Source: Chloroflexota bacterium (lineage in GTDB: Bacteria > Chloroflexota > Anaerolineae > Aggregatilineales > Ch27). From it: 64,000 nucleotides of DNA. Positions 1 through 8,481 of this stretch are shown here, one piece after another; within the stretch, counting starts at the first letter, position 1; every line of letters begins with the position of its first letter. The DNA is taken from contig JAIOAT010000003.1 of the NCBI GenBank assembly GCA_019873685.1, positions 80,543-144,542 on the forward strand, given 5' to 3'. A model generated the notes under the pieces. It had not been told where the DNA came from and did not search any database. It saw only the letters and a list, made by a program, of their open reading frames with translations. Both the position numbers and the translations under genes were made by a program.

Positions 1-1092
1 CTGCTGCAATCCCAGTGGGGGCACCTGTTCACCAGCACGGAGGAATTCGTCGGGCGGCCTGTGTCGACGCCGGACGGGCGCACCATCGTCTATACCAGTC
101 AGGAGAACCGCCAGCACATGCTGGGGCACCTGACGCTGCTCGGCCTCAAGCAGCCGGTGATGCCCTGGTGTTCCGATGGCCCGGACGAGGCGGAACTGGG
201 CGGCGGGCTGGAGACCACCCTCTCGCACTGGGCCGATGCCTGCCACGCCCAGGGGGGCATGGTAGTCATCCCGCATATGCCCGTACCCAACGGCGAGCCA
301 GCCGCGCTGATCGCCACCGGCCGCGCCGACGCAGTCGAATTCGTCATCCAGGCCGACTATCCCCATCTGGAGTATTACCGCTACCTGAACGGTGGTTACC
401 GGCTCCCGCTGGTGGGGGGGACTGACAAGATGACCGCCGACGTGCCAGCCGGGCTTTACCGCACCTACGTGTTCATCCCCGCCGAGGAGGGGTTTGACTA
501 CGAGACCTGGTGCAGGTATCTGCGCCAGGGACGGACGTTCATCAGCAGCGGGCCGCTGTTGCGCTTCAGTGTGGAAGGCGCCCGGATTGGCGATACGCTG
601 CACCTGCCCGGCAACGGCGGCACGGTTGAGGTTGAGGCCGAAGCGCGCAGCATCTTCCCGATTCACACCCTGCAAATCGTGCAGGAAGGGCGGGTTGTGG
701 CTGTCACCGAGGAGCCGAACGGAGCCGATCGCCTGACCCTGAAGGCCCGCCTCACCATCGACCATCATACCTGGCTGGCAGCGCGCGCTGGCGGCCCCGG
801 CTACTTTGGGCCGGGCCGGGTGCATTTCGACACCTGGGGCCGCCCCATCATGGCGCACACATCGCCGATCTACATCGCCGTAGGCGGAGAATGGTGGATG
901 GCCAGCCAGGAGACCGCACAGTACATGCTCACCCTGCTGGAAGGCGGGCTGGAGTACATCCGGCAACGCGCCCCCTTCGTCGCTGATGGCTCGGTCAGCC
1001 ACCATCATGGAGAAGCCGATCATCGGGCCTACCTGGAGCGGCCCTTCCACGAAGCCATCGCCGCGGTTCACCGGCACTTGCACCGGCGCTAA
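1..1092 (+). CDS. C-terminal part of a putative PHP/CehA-McbA-like metallohydrolase (5' end outside window)
   Basis: Frame 1 is open from base 1; the track ORF 61..1092 starts at an internal GTG. Weak by-eye resemblance (VVIPHMPVPNGEP, HHHGEADH) to PHP-type metal hydrolases. The function call is tentative. Confidence 0.4.
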   Translation: MLQSQWGHLFTSTEEFVGRPVSTPDGRTIVYTSQENRQHMLGHLTLLGLKQPVMPWCSDGPDEAELGGGLETTLSHWADACHAQGGMVVIPHMPVPNGEPAALIATGRADAVEFVIQADYPHLEYYRYLNGGYRLPLVGGTDKMTADVPAGLYRTYVFIPAEEGFDYETWCRYLRQGRTFISSGPLLRFSVEGARIGDTLHLPGNGGTVEVEAEARSIFPIHTLQIVQEGRVVAVTEEPNGADRLTLKARLTIDHHTWLAARAGGPGYFGPGRVHFDTWGRPIMAHTSPIYIAVGGEWWMASQETAQYMLTLLEGGLEYIRQRAPFVADGSVSHHHGEADHRAYLERPFHEAIAAVHRHLHRR

Positions 1093-1131
1093 CAGGCCGC
1101 TGCAGCGGGCAAGAACGCCTGCCAGGAACAG

Positions 1132-1160
1132 GTTGCATTGCCGATTCTAAAGCCTTATAC
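1132..1160 (+). promoter_or_regulatory. Candidate sigma-70 promoter TTGCAT-17-TATACT upstream of the paralog pair
   Basis: TTGCAT at 1132..1137, a 17-nt spacer, and TATACT at 1155..1160. This leaves a ~185-nt leader before ATG 1345. Confidence 0.45.
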
Positions 1161-1344
1161 TATGAGCTATCCTACCTGATAGCAAACAACGAGAGGCGAA
1201 TAACCTTGCCGGTTGCGGCTATCCGCCCCTCCACCGCCAAGCCTGATGCCAGCATCCGGCCAACCTCGGTTGACCGGCAAGAAAATCCGGCGCTTCCAGG
1301 CGCTGCAAACATAAGACGTCGCGCAGTCCAGAGGGGATACCATC

Positions 1345-2421
1345 ATGACTACCATCGCTGACCCCCAGCCACCCGCTGCTGCCCCTTTCGCGCCGTATCG
1401 CTTCTACCGGCCCAGCTGGCTTGACCGTTTTTTCGACTGGGTCGATCGGCTGCCCGGCCCACCCTGGCTGTTTTACCTGGGACTCTGGGCAATCCTGATG
1501 CTGATCCAGATTCTCACCCAGTGGATCACCGCCAGCCAGGAAGGGTTGATGCCCTTTCACTTTGTCACGACCTTTGCCTGCCCGTACGCCCTGGCGATTA
1601 TGCACTATCAGGACAGGATGGCTGTACGGTCGTTGCAGAAGTTCTGGCCGGCGCTGGATTGCGACGATCACGAGTGTGAGTACCTGCGTTACCGCCTGAC
1701 CACCTTGCCCCAGTGGATGATCGTCGCAAGCGCAGCTATCGGCCTGGCGTGCGCAGTGCTGTTCCTGACCATCTTCCCGCTGCACGCCCGCCTGAAGGCT
1801 TTCTACCTGGCCAATACCGCCGCCTCAATTCACTACAATCACGCGGTAGGCATCGCCAACTTCATCACCGCTGTGGTTCTGGTAGCCCATACGGCCAACC
1901 AGTTCTGGACCATCCACGCCATCCTGCGCCACAACACCCAGGTCGACCCGTTCGATCTGCGCCCGATCTACGCCTTCTCCCGGCTGAGTGCCCTCACAGC
2001 TGTCGGACTGACCATCTTTGTCTACCTGTGGCTATGGGGTGCGCCCACGCTAACCTCCCAGCCTGTGCCTGGGGCGATCCTCGCCCTGCTGCTGGTTGTA
2101 GCGGCGGTCTCCAAGGTCATACCGCTCGGCAACGCTCACTTCGCCATCAGCGCCGAAAAACAGCGCCTGCTGGTGGAAAGCAACCGCTGCTACATTGCCG
2201 CCGTAGGGGAACTGCACCGGCGCGTGAACGCCAATGAGATGGTCGACATGGATAACCTCAACAAGACCATCGCCAGCCTGGAAATTGAGCTTAAGTGGCT
2301 CCGCCATGTTCCGACCTGGCCCTGGCAGCCAGAGACCGCCCAGCTTGTTATCGCCACCCTGTTCTTCCCTGTTGCAGTATGGTTTGTCCAGTGGAATCTG
2401 CAGCGCCTCCTGGGTGGATAG
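1345..2421 (+). CDS. Uncharacterised 7-TM membrane protein, paralog A
   Basis: 358 aa. AGAGGGG RBS before ATG 1345. About seven hydrophobic helices with a ~60-aa helical/coiled segment between TM6 and TM7. Shares WVDRLPGPPWLFY and ELHRR...DMDNL.KTI.SL...LRH.PTWPWQPE blocks with the next gene. Confidence 0.8.
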   Translation: MTTIADPQPPAAAPFAPYRFYRPSWLDRFFDWVDRLPGPPWLFYLGLWAILMLIQILTQWITASQEGLMPFHFVTTFACPYALAIMHYQDRMAVRSLQKFWPALDCDDHECEYLRYRLTTLPQWMIVASAAIGLACAVLFLTIFPLHARLKAFYLANTAASIHYNHAVGIANFITAVVLVAHTANQFWTIHAILRHNTQVDPFDLRPIYAFSRLSALTAVGLTIFVYLWLWGAPTLTSQPVPGAILALLLVVAAVSKVIPLGNAHFAISAEKQRLLVESNRCYIAAVGELHRRVNANEMVDMDNLNKTIASLEIELKWLRHVPTWPWQPETAQLVIATLFFPVAVWFVQWNLQRLLGG

Positions 2422-2487
2422 TAAGTCTTTCAGATCAGGCTGCGCACTCTTTGTCCCGACACCCTGTAGACTTCAGGACATTATCCG

Positions 2488-3573
2488 ATGGCTAATCTCA
2501 CCACCCCACCTATAGCATCCCTTACCCCCGCTGCCAGCCTTTCCCGCCCGTACGCGCCCAGCTGGATTGATCGCTTCGGCGGGTGGGTTGATCGGCTACC
2601 CGGCCCACCCTGGTTGTTTTACGTCGGGACGTGGGCAGCACTGGTCGTGATCGACACCCTTGTGCGCGCTCTAGATGGCGCTGCCGACCTGCCACCAGTG
2701 TTTGTGTTGGTTTATCTGGCCGCCCCCTTTTACAACCTTTGGCTGATTCACCACCTTGATCACCGGGCACGGCAGGCTCTGGATCGCTTCCGTCCGGCGC
2801 TGCGCACCAACGAGGAAAGCTTTGCCGGATTATGCTATCGGCTGACCACCATGCCCAAAGGCCCCACCCTGTTGGCGAGTACTGCTGGCGCTTCATTTGG
2901 GCTGATAATGCTGCTGATCGTCCCACCAGCAGAACAGGCCTATTACTGGGGCGTGTCGGTGGCCAACCTGATGGAGCACCGCCTGGTAATCTGGAGCACG
3001 GCGCTGCTCATCGGGATTGTGGCCGCCACGCTTATGTATCACTCCTGGCACCAGCTACGCACGGTCAGCCACATCTACGCGCAGTATACCGAGGTCGATC
3101 TGTTCAATCAGCGGCCACTTTACGCCTTCTCCAACTTCAGCGCGCGTACAGCCATCGGCGCGCTGATCCAGACCTACAGCTGGCCGCTGGCAGCGCCCGA
3201 AGTACTGAGGAACCCCGCCATGGCCTCCTGGTTGATCGGGTATAACCTGGTGTGTGTGCTCATCTTCATCGTCCCTCTGATCGGCATCCATAACCTGCTC
3301 AAGGAAGATCGGGAGGAACGGCTGGCCCAAGCCGGCCACCTGGCCAAGGCAGCCAGCCAGGAACTGCATCGCCGCATCCGCGAGAGCCAGATGACCGACA
3401 TGGATAACCTGTACAAGACTATCCACAGCCTGGACTTGGAGTTCCAGACTTTGCGCCATGCCCCAACCTGGCCCTGGCAACCGGAAGTGCCGCGCGCCGT
3501 TGGGGTCGCGCTTATCTTCCCGCTTATCCTCTGGCTGATCCAGTGGGTGTTGCAGCGTATGCTGGCAGCCTGA
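2488..3573 (+). CDS. Uncharacterised 7-TM membrane protein, paralog B
   Basis: 361 aa with the same architecture and the same conserved N- and C-terminal blocks as 1345..2421. Followed by a GC-rich hairpin at 3601..3633. Confidence 0.8.
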   Translation: MANLTTPPIASLTPAASLSRPYAPSWIDRFGGWVDRLPGPPWLFYVGTWAALVVIDTLVRALDGAADLPPVFVLVYLAAPFYNLWLIHHLDHRARQALDRFRPALRTNEESFAGLCYRLTTMPKGPTLLASTAGASFGLIMLLIVPPAEQAYYWGVSVANLMEHRLVIWSTALLIGIVAATLMYHSWHQLRTVSHIYAQYTEVDLFNQRPLYAFSNFSARTAIGALIQTYSWPLAAPEVLRNPAMASWLIGYNLVCVLIFIVPLIGIHNLLKEDREERLAQAGHLAKAASQELHRRIRESQMTDMDNLYKTIHSLDLEFQTLRHAPTWPWQPEVPRAVGVALIFPLILWLIQWVLQRMLAA

Positions 3574-3600
3574 CCTGCGCCATGGACGCATGATACAAGA

Positions 3601-3633
3601 AGCGGGGCGGCCCCGTTGAGGAACCGCCCCGCT
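3601..3633. terminator. Bidirectional terminator-like hairpin between convergent genes
   Basis: 10-bp perfect stem AGCGGGGCGG/CCGCCCCGCT with a 13-nt loop. On the minus strand it is followed by UUCUUGU. Confidence 0.5.
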
Positions 3634-3678
3634 GTCGGCTAGATCAGCCAGGCGAGCGCCCGCCCGGCTACCACCCTG

Positions 3679-5874
3679 CTAGGGATTGAGGTCCTTATAG
3701 TACCCCAGCAACTGGCCCGTCGCCACGTCGAAGACATAGGTCACCTGGTAGGTCGGGCGCAGGGTATCCCACACATAGACCACTTCATCGCTGCGGTAGC
3801 GGGCGTTCAACTGCAACTCGCCGGTATTCAGGCAGTACAGGCGCACTCGACCGCCATCACCGGAACCGATCAGGGTGTGCAGGGCGGGAACCGGCGTGCA
3901 GGCTGCCAGGATGTCCTCGCCACTCATGCTGAACACCAGATAGCCGTTGGCGCCATTAGCCGGATCGATGGCGTACACATTCAGGAAACCGCCGGTGTAA
4001 TATACAGCAACTGGTGCAGCACCCTGGGGATTCAGGCGACCATCGCCGGGGTTCCAGCCCTGCCAGGGTCGCTCAGCCTGGCCGCTGCTACTGCTGGCAC
4101 TGTCGCAGGCGTCGCCGATCCCATCACCGTCCGTATCCGCCTGATCAGGGTTGGCCACCGCCGGGCAATTGTCCGTCCCATCGGCGGCCCCGTCGCCATC
4201 GCTGTCGGCCAGCGCGTCGCAGGCGTCGCCGATCCCGTCGCCGTCCGCATCCGCCTGATCAGGGTTAGCCACCGCCGGGCAGTTGTCCGCCCCATCGGCG
4301 GCCCCGTCACCGTCGCTGTCGGTCAGCGTGTCGCAGGCGTCGCCGATCCCATCGCCATCCGTATCCGCCTGATCAGGATTAGCCACCCCCGGGCAATTGT
4401 CCGCCCCATCGGCGGCCCCGTCACCGTCGCTGTCGGTCAGCGCGTCGCAGGCGTCACCAATCCCATCGCCGTCAGTATCCGTCTGGGTTGGATTAGCCAC
4501 CGCCGGGCAATTGTCCATCCCATCGGCGGCCCCGTCGCCATCGCTGTCGGTCAGCGCGTCGCAGGCGTCGCCGATCCCATCACCATCCGCATCCGCCTGA
4601 TCAGGGTTGGCCACCGCCGGGCAGTTGTCCGCACTGTCGGCGGCCCCGTCACCGTCGCTGTCGGTCAGCGCGTCGCAGGCGTCGCCGATCCCGTCGCCAT
4701 CTGTATCCGCCTGATCAGGATTAGCCACTGCCGGACAGTTGTCCGCACTGTCGGCGGCCCCGTCACCGTCGCTGTCAGTCAGCGCGTCGCAGACGTCGCC
4801 GATCCCGTCGCCATCCGTATCCGCCTGATCAGGGTTAGCCACTGCCGGACAGTTGTCCGCACTGTCGGCGGCCCCGTCGCCATCGCTGTCGGTCAGCGTG
4901 TCGCAGGCGTCACCAATCCCATCGCCATCCGTATCCGTCTGGGCCGGATTGGCCACCAGCGGGCAGTTGTCCGCGCTGTCAGCCACACCGTCGCCATCGC
5001 TGTCGGTCAGAGGATCGCAGGCATCACCGATCCCATCGCCGTCAGTATCCGTCTGGGTTGGATTGGCCACCAGCGGGCAGTTGTCCGCGCTGTCAGCCAC
5101 ACCATCGCCATCGCTGTCGGTCAGCGCGTCGCAGGCATCACCAATCCCATCGCCATCCGTATCCGTCTGGGCTGGATTGGCTACCAGCGGGCAGTTATCC
5201 ACGCTATCCAGCACACCATCGTTATCATCGTCAGGATCGCAGGCATCACCCAGCGCGTCACCATCAGTGTTCAATTGAGTGGGGTTGGCGATTGCCGGGC
5301 AGTTATCACTCGCGTCCGGTACACCATCACCATCCTGGTCAGGATTGAGAACAGTAGCTGTGATGACGAGGTCATCGATGAGCCAGCCGCGGTTGTCAGT
5401 GAAGCGGAAGCGCGTGGAAGTGGTTTGCGCCCCGGCAGGAATGGTTACTGTAACCGGGGTCCAAGCGCCATAGATACTGTTGTTAGCGGCATAGGTGCTG
5501 ATGGTTGTCCAGCTGGCACCGTTGTTCGTACTGTACTGGAGAGAAAGTGTACTGACAGCCTGAGTGCAGCTACTTCCGCCACGGCCCCGGTGCAACACGA
5601 AGCTGATTGACCCACCCCCGGAGACATCCAGGTTGCCGGTTGCGGCCACAGCGCCGTCGCCGGTCAAGCGCAGGGCGCCGCCGCTGTACATGGCCAGCGA
5701 GCCGCAGTTGGCTACCCGTGACACATTGACCAGCGATGACCACTGCGTACTGTCAATCGCCGGGTCAAAATCGTCGCTCATGCGGACCACTGTCTCCGCG
5801 CCGAGCATGCTCACCGAAACTGCCAGAATAAGCAGGAGAACCATGAGTAGCGCTATACGCATTAGCCTGTTCAT
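3679..5874 (-). CDS. Secreted calcium-binding protein with 11 thrombospondin type-3 (TSP3) repeats, an N-terminal MAM/choice-of-anchor-J-like beta-sandwich and an unknown 140-aa C-terminal domain
   Basis: Track ORF 3679..5964. I prefer ATG 5874 (GAGGGG RBS 7 nt upstream), which gives the signal peptide MNRLMRIALLMVLLLILAVSVSMLGA. There are 11 units of D.DGDG.AD..DNCP.VANP.Q.D.DGDGIGDACD. The N-terminal domain ends in the WLIDDLVI motif. Confidence 0.85.
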   Translation of the reverse strand: MNRLMRIALLMVLLLILAVSVSMLGAETVVRMSDDFDPAIDSTQWSSLVNVSRVANCGSLAMYSGGALRLTGDGAVAATGNLDVSGGGSISFVLHRGRGGSSCTQAVSTLSLQYSTNNGASWTTISTYAANNSIYGAWTPVTVTIPAGAQTTSTRFRFTDNRGWLIDDLVITATVLNPDQDGDGVPDASDNCPAIANPTQLNTDGDALGDACDPDDDNDGVLDSVDNCPLVANPAQTDTDGDGIGDACDALTDSDGDGVADSADNCPLVANPTQTDTDGDGIGDACDPLTDSDGDGVADSADNCPLVANPAQTDTDGDGIGDACDTLTDSDGDGAADSADNCPAVANPDQADTDGDGIGDVCDALTDSDGDGAADSADNCPAVANPDQADTDGDGIGDACDALTDSDGDGAADSADNCPAVANPDQADADGDGIGDACDALTDSDGDGAADGMDNCPAVANPTQTDTDGDGIGDACDALTDSDGDGAADGADNCPGVANPDQADTDGDGIGDACDTLTDSDGDGAADGADNCPAVANPDQADADGDGIGDACDALADSDGDGAADGTDNCPAVANPDQADTDGDGIGDACDSASSSSGQAERPWQGWNPGDGRLNPQGAAPVAVYYTGGFLNVYAIDPANGANGYLVFSMSGEDILAACTPVPALHTLIGSGDGGRVRLYCLNTGELQLNARYRSDEVVYVWDTLRPTYQVTYVFDVATGQLLGYYKDLNP
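4100..5345 (-). repeat. In-frame tandem array, 114-bp (38-aa) period, about 11 units, encoding TSP3 repeats
   Basis: The string gcaggcgtcgccgatc recurs at 4105 and 4219 (spacing 114 bp), and the same periodicity continues to about 5345. Central units are nearly identical at the DNA level. Confidence 0.9.
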
Positions 5875-6001
5875 GAGTGCACCCCTCACTATCGGATAAT
5901 GATGATAAAGTAGCGATAGCGTTGTGCTTACTTCCAGAATAGGTAGCTCATGAAACTGATTCAAGAGTGTAAGGGTGCTTTTTAGGATAATTTCATGCTT
6001 G

Positions 6002-6056
6002 TTTTAGAATTTCTTCACAAATAGACTTTTATGAAAATTTTAGAAATCCTTCACAA
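6002..6056. repeat. Two 19-bp direct repeats (36-bp spacing) inside an AT-rich intergenic island
   Basis: TTTTAGAATTTCTTCACAA (6002..6020) and TTTTAGAAATCCTTCACAA (6038..6056) match at 17/19 positions. Each reads TTAGA-N6-TCACA, i.e. half to three-quarters of a CRP/FNR-type TGTGA-N6-TCACA box. Confidence 0.5.
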
Positions 6057-6178
6057 TTTCTTTATGCCGGTCGCCCTGTGTACACCATGTCCGGCCCGGT
6101 GATCCAGCGCCCCACCCCCTGAAGTACAATGATCACAGCACGCACTATCTTGCCACTTGTGCACGAAAGGGGTTGAAG

Positions 6179-7201
6179 ATGAAACAGGCAGTCATGACCG
6201 CGCCGGGCCAGATCGTGATTCACGATGTCCCCCGCCCCGCCATCCAGGATCACCAGATCCTCCTGCGCACCCGCCGCATTGGCGTCTGCGGTTCGGATAT
6301 CCACGTCTGGCATGGCCGGCACCCCTATACCGGCTACCCGATCGTTCAGGGTCATGAAGTCTCGGGCATCGTGGCTGAGGTGGGCCGCGCAGTGACCGGC
6401 TTCACCGTTGGCGATCCGGTCACCTTCATGCCACAGGTCACCTGTGGGCAGTGCTATCCCTGCCAGCATGGGATGGAGCACATTTGTGAATCGCTGAAGG
6501 TGATGGGCTTTCAAACCAATGGAGCCGCGCAGGAGTACTTTCCGCTGGACGCGGACAAAGCCCTCAAGCTACCGGCGGGCCTGACGCTGGATCAGGGGGC
6601 CATGATCGAGCCGATCTCGGTAGCCGTGCACGCCCTCCGGCGCGGCGGCGGAGCGGCAGGCAAGCGCGTGCTCGTGCTGGGGGCGGGCACGATCGGCAAC
6701 CTGACGGCGCAGGTCGCCCGCGCCTCCGGCGCGCTGGATGTCATGATCACTGACATCAACGATTACCGGCTGGCGCTGGCCCGGCGTTGCGGCCTGGAAC
6801 ACGTCATCAACACGCAGGATGAGGAGTTGATGGCGGCCATCCGGCGCGATTTCGGGCTCGAACGGGCCGATCTGATCCTGGAATGCGTGGGTGTTGAAGC
6901 CACGATCAGCCAGGCAATCGCCTGCGCCCGCAAAGGCACCACCATTGTCGTGGTCGGAGTCTTCGGGGAAAAGCCCCGCGTTGATCTCGGTCTGGTACAG
7001 GATCGCGAGTTGAGCCTGGTCGGGACGCTGATGTACCAGCGTCAGGACTATGAGCAGGCCATCGCCCTGGCCAGCAGCGGCAAGTTACAACTGGAGCCGC
7101 TGATCAGCGATCGCTTCCCGTTTGATCGCTACACTGACGCCTACCGGCGTATTGAAGAGGCTGCAGGCCGCACGATGAAGGTCATGATCGAGCTGGACTA
7201 G
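6179..7201 (+). CDS. Zinc-dependent medium-chain alcohol/polyol dehydrogenase (sorbitol/threonine-DH-like)
   Basis: The track ORF starts at TTG 6173; ATG 6179 has an AAAGGGG RBS. Motifs: GVCGSDIHVWHG, GHEVSGIVAEVG (Zn-ADH signature), structural-Zn CGQCYPC, Rossmann VLVLGAGTIG. Confidence 0.85.
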   Translation: MKQAVMTAPGQIVIHDVPRPAIQDHQILLRTRRIGVCGSDIHVWHGRHPYTGYPIVQGHEVSGIVAEVGRAVTGFTVGDPVTFMPQVTCGQCYPCQHGMEHICESLKVMGFQTNGAAQEYFPLDADKALKLPAGLTLDQGAMIEPISVAVHALRRGGGAAGKRVLVLGAGTIGNLTAQVARASGALDVMITDINDYRLALARRCGLEHVINTQDEELMAAIRRDFGLERADLILECVGVEATISQAIACARKGTTIVVVGVFGEKPRVDLGLVQDRELSLVGTLMYQRQDYEQAIALASSGKLQLEPLISDRFPFDRYTDAYRRIEEAAGRTMKVMIELD

Positions 7202-7271
7202 TGGGAGAGGCGCTGTCGCGGCAACGCAGTCACGTCTATGCCCAGATGGCAGGCTGAGGGTTACGGAATGC

Positions 7272-7314
7272 GCAAGACAAAGGGGGTCGCGCCGATCTGC
7301 TGGCGCGATCCCCC
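7272..7314 (-). terminator. Rho-independent terminator after the GH172 gene
   Basis: 12-bp GC-rich stem (7281..7292 pairs with 7301..7314, including one G-U). On the minus strand it is followed by UUUGUCUUG. Confidence 0.55.
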
Positions 7315-7323
7315 CTACAGGCG

Positions 7324-8451
7324 CTAGTCCGGGCGCGGCAGGCGCCGGGCGACCGGCAGCAGCGGCGGGAATGGCAGGTGCGGCTCGTGCTGGTACCAGT
7401 ACGCAGTGCTGGCGTAATCGTCCGAGCGGCGGTTGGCATGGCCGTGCTCGATCGTCACCCGGATGGACTGCTGGAAGCAGATCGGGTCTTCGATGTGGAA
7501 GCGGTACAGCGAAATCTTGCCGGACCAGTTCTCGTCCCCGGCCAGGGTGATGCCGTGATACGGCGCGCTGTACTCAACCGCCGGGCACCAGGCCGTGTTG
7601 AAATAGTCCTCCGTGCCAGTGCCATGCAGACTGGGCGGCCAGACCTCGCCATCGATGAAGATCATGTCGTCGCCTTCGCCATACCAGTTGAAACACTTGA
7701 GTATCTTCTCACCGTGGACACGGAAGTCTTCCATCCGTAGCGGCCAGGGGACGCCCTCCGGCCAGTCCATGCCTTCCCCCTGGCGCAGGTTGTGGATGCT
7801 CAGGTTGCAGCCCACATAATGACCCCGCCCCTGCGCCTCCAGAATCACATAATTGCCGCGCCCATCCAGGTTAACGCCGCCAAAAGACCATTCCGGATTG
7901 GTCATGTCAGCGTCAGAGATGCCGTCGCAGGGGTTCTGGCGCCGCCACTGAGCATGGAAACGCCCCAGGTCGGCGTCGATGGCAGGATGAATCTCGTAGT
8001 CGATGTAGTAGTAGAACAGCACTTCGACGTCACATTCGTTCTCTACCTCGATCAGGGCGCGCTCCGCGAACGGCATCGGGAAGAAGCAGTTGAATGCCTT
8101 GCCATCCGCCGGACTCATCTGCAGCGGCAGGGACACGTAGTTGGTCGTCAGGGCATGGCCAACGCCGAAAAAGTCCCCGATTGGCGCTTCGACCGAATAC
8201 TCCTGCTCGTTGTCCCAGCGCATGCGCAACACGATCCGGCGCAGGTAATGCTCCTGCTGGCAATCGATGGTGCACCAGATGTGGTTGATGCACCCCGCGC
8301 CCTGGATGTCCGCCAGAGTCACGGTTTGCCCCGGCGCGATATGCAGGCGGTCGTCATTGCCGCCCGTGCGATCCCAGCTGGAAACACGCCGGGTGCGCAC
8401 GTTGCGGATTCGAGCCAGTTCGCCCAGCGGGCTTCCCTTGAACACAGCCAT
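7324..8451 (-). CDS. DUF2961 / glycoside hydrolase family 172 protein (cytoplasmic)
   Basis: 375 aa with no signal peptide. Hallmarks: SSWDRTGGNDD, GAGCINHIWCT, GTGTEDYFNTAW, RVTIEHGHAN. AGGAGG RBS upstream of ATG 8451. Confidence 0.8.
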   Translation of the reverse strand: MAVFKGSPLGELARIRNVRTRRVSSWDRTGGNDDRLHIAPGQTVTLADIQGAGCINHIWCTIDCQQEHYLRRIVLRMRWDNEQEYSVEAPIGDFFGVGHALTTNYVSLPLQMSPADGKAFNCFFPMPFAERALIEVENECDVEVLFYYYIDYEIHPAIDADLGRFHAQWRRQNPCDGISDADMTNPEWSFGGVNLDGRGNYVILEAQGRGHYVGCNLSIHNLRQGEGMDWPEGVPWPLRMEDFRVHGEKILKCFNWYGEGDDMIFIDGEVWPPSLHGTGTEDYFNTAWCPAVEYSAPYHGITLAGDENWSGKISLYRFHIEDPICFQQSIRVTIEHGHANRRSDDYASTAYWYQHEPHLPFPPLLPVARRLPRPD

Positions 8452-8481
8452 GCTTGCCTCCTGAAAAAAGCCCAGCCTGCC

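Noticed and set aside
4100-5345. Regular 114-bp repeat array that could be mistaken for a CRISPR or satellite array
   Set aside because: The units abut with no unique spacers, stay in one reading frame and encode canonical TSP3 repeats. No cas genes are present and the repeats lack terminal palindromes.
3877-5610. 577-aa ORF on the plus strand, antisense to the TSP3 gene
   Set aside because: It is a low-complexity Arg/Val/Ala/Gly translation of the reverse complement of a GC-rich in-frame repeat. It has no RBS or recognisable domain, and the minus-strand frame carries clear TSP3 motifs and a signal peptide.
6031-6102. Small ORF MKILEILHNFFMPVALCTPCPAR (23 aa, CxxC) inside the AT-rich island
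   Set aside because: There is no Shine-Dalgarno sequence upstream. The first half is simply the translation of the second direct repeat. It cannot be supported without ribosome-profiling or conservation data.
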